IMG/VR virus record: IMGVR_UViG_2609459795_000010
Coordinates: 1-10,679 of that record
Reading direction: 5' to 3' (one strand)
DNA: 10,679 nucleotides
Origin: a virus
Taxonomy: Duplodnaviria > Heunggongvirae > Uroviricota > Caudoviricetes
Shown here: piece by piece, positions 5,878 through 10,679 of the stretch
Layout: the number at the start of each line of letters is the position of its first letter
How positions within the stretch are numbered: position 1 is the stretch's first letter
Program-made: the position numbers and the translations under genes
Notes under the pieces: model-generated
Seen by the model: only the letters and a program-made list of their open reading frames with translations
What the model was told of the DNA's origin: nothing
The model's database searches: none

Positions 5878-6432
5878 TTTCACCCTCCTGAGGGTTGGTG
5901 ATTAAGGAGTTCTCCACGGGTGAGGTGGAGTGCGTGCGCCGGACACGGGTGAGCATCCGGCACTGACAGTTTACTGAAAGGATATTTCCCTGAAAAGTCA
6001 GACCATAACGCGAAAGCGCACGGCGAGGTAGCTGGTTCATAGATAGCCTGTCGTTAAATTTTCGTCGACCGTGCGCTTCCGGTTGTGGCACTCCGCGAAA
6101 TGGCGCGGCGGTAAGTATGGCGGGGGTATTCCTTCCCCGTTGAGGACACCGGGTTGTCAGGTTGACCATACGCTTAAGTGACAACCCCGCTGCAACGCCC
6201 TCTGTTATCAATTTTCTGGTGACGTTTGGCGGTATCAGTTTTACTCCGTGACTGGTCTGCCGCCCTTTTTAAAGTGAGTTTTGTGATGCGGTGAATGCGG
6301 CTGAGCGCACGCGGAACAGTTAAAACCAAAAACAGTGTTATGGGTGGGTTCTCTGTATCCGGCGTTAATTGTTAACTGGTTAACGTCACCTGGAGGCACC
6401 AGGCACCGCATCAACAAAGTTCATTTGTAAAA
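5878..6432. other. 555-bp GC-rich, hairpin-dense non-coding tract between divergent genes; candidate structured RNA, long leader or gene remnant
   Basis: No convincing ORF on either strand. Hairpins read directly include GGTTGTCA...TGACAACC (8-bp stem), CCGCG-AAATGG-CGCGG and CCGGA...TCCGG. Composition contrasts with the AT-rich flanks. Confidence 0.3.
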
Positions 6433-6444
6433 ATGGAGATAATT

Positions 6445-6666
6445 ATGATTGCTCATCACTTCGGAACTGATGAGATTCCTCGTCAGTGCGTGACTCCCGG
6501 TGATTATGTTATTCATAAAGGAAGAACATATATTGCTTCGGTAAACAACATTAAAAAACAACGGCTCTATATTCGTGATTTTTCCACACAACACTGTATT
6601 AAGGAAACCATGATTAAAGTCTTCCTTGGTCGTGATGGTTTACCTGTAAAAGCAGAGTCATGGTGA
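6445..6666 (+). CDS. Small prophage protein, 73 aa (77 aa if started at ATG 6433); possibly YdaC-like, unverified
   Basis: GGAG Shine-Dalgarno 6 nt before the ATG at 6445. Location two genes upstream of xis/int resembles the Rac ydaC position. The family name is recollection only. Confidence 0.65.
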   Translation: MIAHHFGTDEIPRQCVTPGDYVIHKGRTYIASVNNIKKQRLYIRDFSTQHCIKETMIKVFLGRDGLPVKAESW

Positions 6667-6789
6667 GCAGTAATAAAATAACTGCCACAATACGACATTC
6701 AGCTTAATGAATACATCAGATTTGATTCTTATATGCCAGCAATGGCAGGGATTTGTTCATCCTTAAATCTGTCATGAGGTTAAAACAAA

Positions 6790-7710
6790 ATGAGTAAAGT
6801 CTTTATTTGCGCCGCCATTCCGGACGAACAGGCAATAAAGGAAGAAGGTGCAGTTGCTGTAGCCACTGCCATTGAAGCCGGTGACGAACGCCGCGCCCGT
6901 GCCAAATTTACCTGGCAATTCCTGGAGCAATATCCGGCTGCTCAGGACTGCGCTTATAAATTTCTTGTCTGCGAGGATAAACCCGGTATACCCCGCCCTG
7001 CCCTCGATTCCTGGGATGCTGAATATATGCGGGAAAACCGCTGGGATGAGGAGTCAGCTTCCTTTGTCCCGGTTGAGACTGAATCAAATCCGATGAACGT
7101 CACTTTTGACAAGCTGGCCCCTGAAGTACAGAACGCTGTCATGGTTAAGTTCGACACATGTGAAAACATCACCGTTGATATGGTGATTAGTGCACAGGAA
7201 CTGTTGCAGGAAGACATGGCAACATTCGACGGACATATCGTTGAAGCGTTGATGAAAATGCCAGAAGTTAACGCCATGTATCCGGAACTTAAGTTGCATG
7301 CCATCGGGTGGGTTAAGCATAAATGTAAGCCTGGAGCTAAATGGCCCGAAATTCAGGCAGAGATGCGCATCTGGAAAAAACGTCGCGAAGGTGAACGCAA
7401 GGGAACCGGAAAATACACGTCTGTTGTTGATCTCGCCCGCGCCAGAGCCAATCAACAGAACACTGAAAGTTCAACAGGAAAAATCAGCCCGGTCATTGCT
7501 GCCACTCATCGCGAATACAAGCAGACATGGAAAACACTGGATGACGAACTGGCCTACGCTCTCTGGCCTGGTGATGTGGATGCCGGAAACATTGACGGCA
7601 GCATTCATCGCTGGGCAAAAAATGAAGTTATCGACAACGACCGCGAAGACTGGAAGCGTATCTCGGCATCAATGCGCAAACAGCCTGATGCCCTTCGCTA
7701 CGACCGCTAG
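6790..7710 (+). CDS. Hypothetical protein, 306 aa, acidic; ends at a TAG that is in frame with the next ORF
   Basis: ATG with GAGG about 10 nt upstream. Long open frame. No family recognised. Confidence 0.72.
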   Translation: MSKVFICAAIPDEQAIKEEGAVAVATAIEAGDERRARAKFTWQFLEQYPAAQDCAYKFLVCEDKPGIPRPALDSWDAEYMRENRWDEESASFVPVETESNPMNVTFDKLAPEVQNAVMVKFDTCENITVDMVISAQELLQEDMATFDGHIVEALMKMPEVNAMYPELKLHAIGWVKHKCKPGAKWPEIQAEMRIWKKRREGERKGTGKYTSVVDLARARANQQNTESSTGKISPVIAATHREYKQTWKTLDDELAYALWPGDVDAGNIDGSIHRWAKNEVIDNDREDWKRISASMRKQPDALRYDR

Positions 7711-7761
7711 ACTATTTTTGGCCTTGTCCGTGAACGTCCGATCGACATTCACAAAGACCCT

Positions 7762-9261
7762 GTGGCACTGAACAAATACATTACTGAATACCTGACTACA
7801 AAGGGCGTGTTTGAAGATGAAGGAACAAATCAGAGCGCAACTGATACTCTCTCGTCGCCAGTACCAGAAACTGATGCAGTGGAAACGGCAATTCCGGACA
7901 ACGAAAAAACCGAATGCAAAGTGGAAGTCGAACCATCTGTAGAGCGTGAGGGGCCGTTCTACTTCCTCTTCACCGACAAGGATGGCGAAAAATACGGTCG
8001 CGCAAACAAACTTTCTGGTCTGGATAAGGCGCTGGCTGCCGGGGCTACTGAAATCACGAAAGAAGAATATTTCGCCCGCAAAAACAGTACATACTCAGGT
8101 TCACAACAAAATACTGGTGCATCTGACACGACCGCACAGCCAGAACCGGTAAAAGTTACCGCTGACGAAGTAAACAAAATTATGCAGGCAGCCAATATCA
8201 GCCAGCCTGACGCCGATAAGTTGCTTGCTGCATCACGTGGTGAATTTATTGAAGGGATTAGCGACCCGAATGATCCGAAATGGGTTAAGGGGATCCAGAC
8301 CCGCGATACTGTGAACCAGAACCAGCAAGAAACGGAACAGAACGACCAGAAAGCGGAACAAAACAGCCCAAATACGCAACAAAACGAGCCAGAAACGAAA
8401 CAACCTGAACCAGTAGTGCAACAGGAACCGGAAAAAATCTGCACCGCCTGCGGTCAGAGCGGTGGTGGCAACTGCCCTGATTGTGGTGCGGTGATGGGCG
8501 ACGCAACATACCAGGAAACATTCGATGACAAGAACCAGGTTGAAGTTCAGGAAGACGATTCGGAGAAAATGGAAGGCGCTGAACACCCACACAAGGAGAA
8601 TGCTGGCAGCGCTCAGGATCACGCCAGCGATAGTGAAACTGGCGAGACGGCAGATCCCTTAATTACGGTGAACGGTCATCGCGTTATCACATCCACCAGC
8701 AGGACGTGTGACCATCTAATGATCGACCTTGAAACCATGGGAAAAAATCCTGATGCCCCGATTATCTCAATAGGTGCAATATTTTTCGATCCGCAAACCG
8801 GAGATATGGGACCGGAATTTAGTAAGACTATCGATCTGGAAACTGCTGGCGGAGTCATTGATCGTGACACCATTAAATGGTGGCTTAAGCAATCACGCGA
8901 GGCGCAATCTGCCATTATGACCGATGAAATCCCGTTAGATGATGCACTGTTACAATTGCGGGAATTTATCGACGAAAACTCCGGTGAATTTTTTGTTCAG
9001 GTCTGGGGAAATGGAGCCAACTTCGACAACACGATTTTGCGCCGTTCATACGAGCGGCAGGGGATCCCCTACCCGTGGCGTTACTACAACGATCGCGATG
9101 TACGCACAATCGTTGAGCTGGGGAAAGCCATAGACTTCGATGCCAGAACTGCTATCCCATTCGAAGGTGAGCGCCATAATGCACTTGATGACGCTCGTTA
9201 CCAGGCAAAATACGTTTCAGCTATCTGGCAAAAACTGATCCCGAGTCAGGCTGATTTTTAA
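7762..9261 (+). CDS. Multidomain protein, 499 aa: acidic low-complexity N-terminal region, CxxC-x8-CxxC zinc ribbon, C-terminal DEDDh 3'-5' exonuclease domain (Rv2179c/RNase T-like)
   Basis: Exo motifs seen in the translation: IDLETMG (Exo I), [12 protein letters not shown] (Exo II), [10 protein letters not shown] (Exo III). Zinc ribbon [16 protein letters not shown]. Start is GTG with no clear SD. An internal start at the ATG near 8719 would give a domain-only exonuclease. Confidence 0.75.
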   Translation: MALNKYITEYLTTKGVFEDEGTNQSATDTLSSPVPETDAVETAIPDNEKTECKVEVEPSVEREGPFYFLFTDKDGEKYGRANKLSGLDKALAAGATEITKEEYFARKNSTYSGSQQNTGASDTTAQPEPVKVTADEVNKIMQAANISQPDADKLLAASRGEFIEGISDPNDPKWVKGIQTRDTVNQNQQETEQNDQKAEQNSPNTQQNEPETKQPEPVVQQEPEKICTACGQSGGGNCPDCGAVMGDATYQETFDDKNQVEVQEDDSEKMEGAEHPHKENAGSAQDHASDSETGETADPLITVNGHRVITSTSRTCDHLMIDLETMGKNPDAPIISIGAIFFDPQTGDMGPEFSKTIDLETAGGVIDRDTIKWWLKQSREAQSAIMTDEIPLDDALLQLREFIDENSGEFFVQVWGNGANFDNTILRRSYERQGIPYPWRYYNDRDVRTIVELGKAIDFDARTAIPFEGERHNALDDARYQAKYVSAIWQKLIPSQADF

Positions 9262-9272
9262 TGTTCAACCGT

Positions 9273-9304
9273 CGCCAGTTGTCGTTGGTATTCTGCAACT
9301 GGCG
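9273..9304 (+). promoter_or_regulatory. Perfect 9-bp inverted repeat CGCCAGTTG / CAACTGGCG with a 14-nt loop, between the exonuclease gene and xis
   Basis: Read directly from the sequence. Followed by TGTT and then the xis SD (GGAG at 9311-9314). Could be a terminator, attenuator or processing site. Confidence 0.35.
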
Positions 9305-9322
9305 TGTTCCGGAGTGATAGCC

Positions 9323-9592
9323 ATGAGCGAACAGTACCTGATAACGCTTGACGAGTGGAAACCAAAACGGTTCAGTCTCCCAATAACAAACACTACCCTG
9401 GTGAAATACGGAAAACTAGGATACATCGTTCCAAGACCACAAAAAATTCGTGGGCGTTGGCTGATAGATCGCCGGGCAGTATTTGTTGGACCTGGTGAAA
9501 CGGGAATTGCGCCGGAAATTCATACTGGCGATGATGATGCACTGAAGGAGATTTTAACTCATGTCACCGAGGCCACGAAAAAACAGCACTGA
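9323..9592 (+). CDS. xis: Excisionase (lambda Xis-like), 89 aa
   Basis: N-terminus MSEQYLITLDEW resembles lambda Xis MYLTLQEW. GGAG Shine-Dalgarno 8 nt upstream. The 3' end overlaps the int start by 32 bp, as in lambda. Confidence 0.75.
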   Translation: MSEQYLITLDEWKPKRFSLPITNTTLVKYGKLGYIVPRPQKIRGRWLIDRRAVFVGPGETGIAPEIHTGDDDALKEILTHVTEATKKQH

Positions 9593-10679
9593 CGTAACCG
9601 GTCTTTACGAAAAGTTTGATCGCAGAACTGGCAGGGTTTACTACCAGTATAAAAACCCTGTGACTGGAAAATTTCACGGTCTCGGAACAGACAAAGGCAA
9701 AGCAGAAAAAATCGCTTCCACAGCCAATCAGCGAATAGCTGCAGCAGAAGCTGAATATTTCATGCGCAAAATTGATGAAAGTCCGTCAGCAACAAAACGT
9801 CGGGGCATCAGATTAAAGGCATGGGTTGATCGATATCTGAAAATACAGGACGCGCGACTGAAAAATGGAGATATTGCAGCTACAACTCACAAAGAAAAAA
9901 CTCGAATGGCTGCATACCTGGTTTCCCGTCTGGGAAACCACCCATTGAAAGAACTGGAAGTAAGAGACTTTGCATTAATACTGGATGAGTGGCTGGATAA
10001 AGACATGGTCAGCACAGCGAGAGTAAATCGTGGATTATGGGTTGATATTTATAAAGAAGCACAGCATGCAGGGGAAGTTCCTCCTGGATGGAATCCTCCG
10101 GAGGCTACCCGTAAACCGATCCCTAAAGTAACCAGAGCCAGGCTCACCATGGAAGACTGGCAAAAAATTTACAATGCAACGCCTGAAAAACACTTTATCC
10201 GTAACGCAATGCTTCTTGCGATTGTTACTGGTCAGCGCCGTGATGACATTTGCCACATGCGTTTTTCAGATGTGTGGAACGAACACTTGCATATCACCCA
10301 GGGAAAAACCGGAATGCGTCTGGCGTTACCGCTTACACTACGCTGTGATGCCATTGGGATAACGTTAAAAGAAGTTATTGATGGGTGCCGAGACAGAATA
10401 TTAAGTCCATATCTAATCCATAGTCGGCACCAGAAACAACCGAAGCCGATGAGTAAAGACAACCTGAGCGACTACTTTGCCAAAGCACGGGATCTGGCTG
10501 GGATAATTCCACCAGCAGGAAAAACTCCGCCAACATTTCATGAACAACGCTCTCTATCAGAACGGTTGTACCGTGCACAGGGTATCGATACAAAAACATT
10601 ACTAGGACATAAAGTCCAGGCAACCACCGATCGCTATAACGATACTCGAGGTCAGGAATGGGTTAAGTTGGTTATTTGA
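9561..10679 (+). CDS. int: Lambda-family tyrosine integrase, 372 aa, complete (TGA at window end)
   Basis: AAGGAG Shine-Dalgarno. Catalytic signatures TGQRRDDI (Arg), HEQRSLSERL (His-x-x-Arg), LLGHK and TDRYND (Tyr). C-terminus GQEWVKLVI parallels lambda Int GREWDKIEIK. Confidence 0.92.
   Translation: MSPRPRKNSTDVTGLYEKFDRRTGRVYYQYKNPVTGKFHGLGTDKGKAEKIASTANQRIAAAEAEYFMRKIDESPSATKRRGIRLKAWVDRYLKIQDARLKNGDIAATTHKEKTRMAAYLVSRLGNHPLKELEVRDFALILDEWLDKDMVSTARVNRGLWVDIYKEAQHAGEVPPGWNPPEATRKPIPKVTRARLTMEDWQKIYNATPEKHFIRNAMLLAIVTGQRRDDICHMRFSDVWNEHLHITQGKTGMRLALPLTLRCDAIGITLKEVIDGCRDRILSPYLIHSRHQKQPKPMSKDNLSDYFAKARDLAGIIPPAGKTPPTFHEQRSLSERLYRAQGIDTKTLLGHKVQATTDRYNDTRGQEWVKLVI

Noticed and set aside
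5925-5960. REP-like palindrome (GCCGGA...TCCGGC)
   Set aside because: The centre and flanks do not match the E. coli REP consensus as I recall it; treated as one of several hairpins in the non-coding tract.
5878-6211. N-terminal extension making the minus-strand gene 202 aa
   Set aside because: The extension is GC-rich and Arg-rich, unlike the AT-rich 91-aa core, and a strong GGAGGG SD precedes the internal ATG at 5877. Kept open as a possible gene remnant in the non-coding-tract finding.
5878-6432. Retron msr-msd or other reverse-transcriptase-associated ncRNA
   Set aside because: No reverse-transcriptase ORF is present in the window.
6872-7771. Overlapping ORFs on both strands within the 306-aa gene
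   Set aside because: Alternative frames of a long, well-supported ORF; Ser/Cys/Thr-rich or Arg-rich translations without start signals.
7946-8915. Minus-strand ORFs (161, 129, 101 and 79 aa) and a 68-aa plus-strand ORF within the 499-aa gene
   Set aside because: Antisense or out of frame relative to a frame carrying a recognisable exonuclease domain; the Phe/Leu/Cys-rich translations reflect the low-complexity tract.
4275-9322. recE/recT or lambda Red (exo/bet/gam) recombination genes
   Set aside because: No translation in the region resembles RecT/Bet or a PD-(D/E)XK RecE/Exo nuclease; the only nuclease domain is DEDDh type.
10035-10623. Short ORFs on both strands inside the integrase gene
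   Set aside because: They overlap a complete integrase with all its catalytic signatures.
10600-10679. attachment site or tRNA at the prophage end
   Set aside because: The window ends at the integrase stop codon, so no flanking sequence is available to assess.

Overview
This window is the immunity, replication and integration module of a Rac-like lambdoid prophage (enterobacterial, E. coli/Shigella type), oriented with the replication genes on the minus strand and integrase on the plus strand. Left to right: a partial IS1 (insA) whose inverted repeat truncates an AT-rich accessory gene; a minus-strand operon of a Cro-like YdaS homolog, a YdaT-like regulator, an O-like initiator (with iteron-like repeats inside it) and a DnaC-like helicase loader; a divergent operator region; the RacR-like repressor followed by a ParD/ParE-like toxin-antitoxin pair; a second operator/promoter (OL-like) sharing GTTTAGTG repeats with the first; an accessory region of small unrecognised ORFs plus a 555-bp GC-rich hairpin-dense non-coding tract; a 306-aa ORF and a 499-aa ORF (C-terminal DEDDh 3'-5' exonuclease domain) separated by one in-frame TAG; then excisionase and a lambda-type tyrosine integrase ending at the window edge. 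No att site, tRNA, rRNA or CRISPR array is visible. The recET/kil/sieB block that I recall in K-12 Rac is absent. The best candidates for something undescribed are the accessory cassette with its structured non-coding tract (5064-6432) and the repressor-linked TA pair. All family assignments come from reading the translations and from memory of the families; no database search was run.
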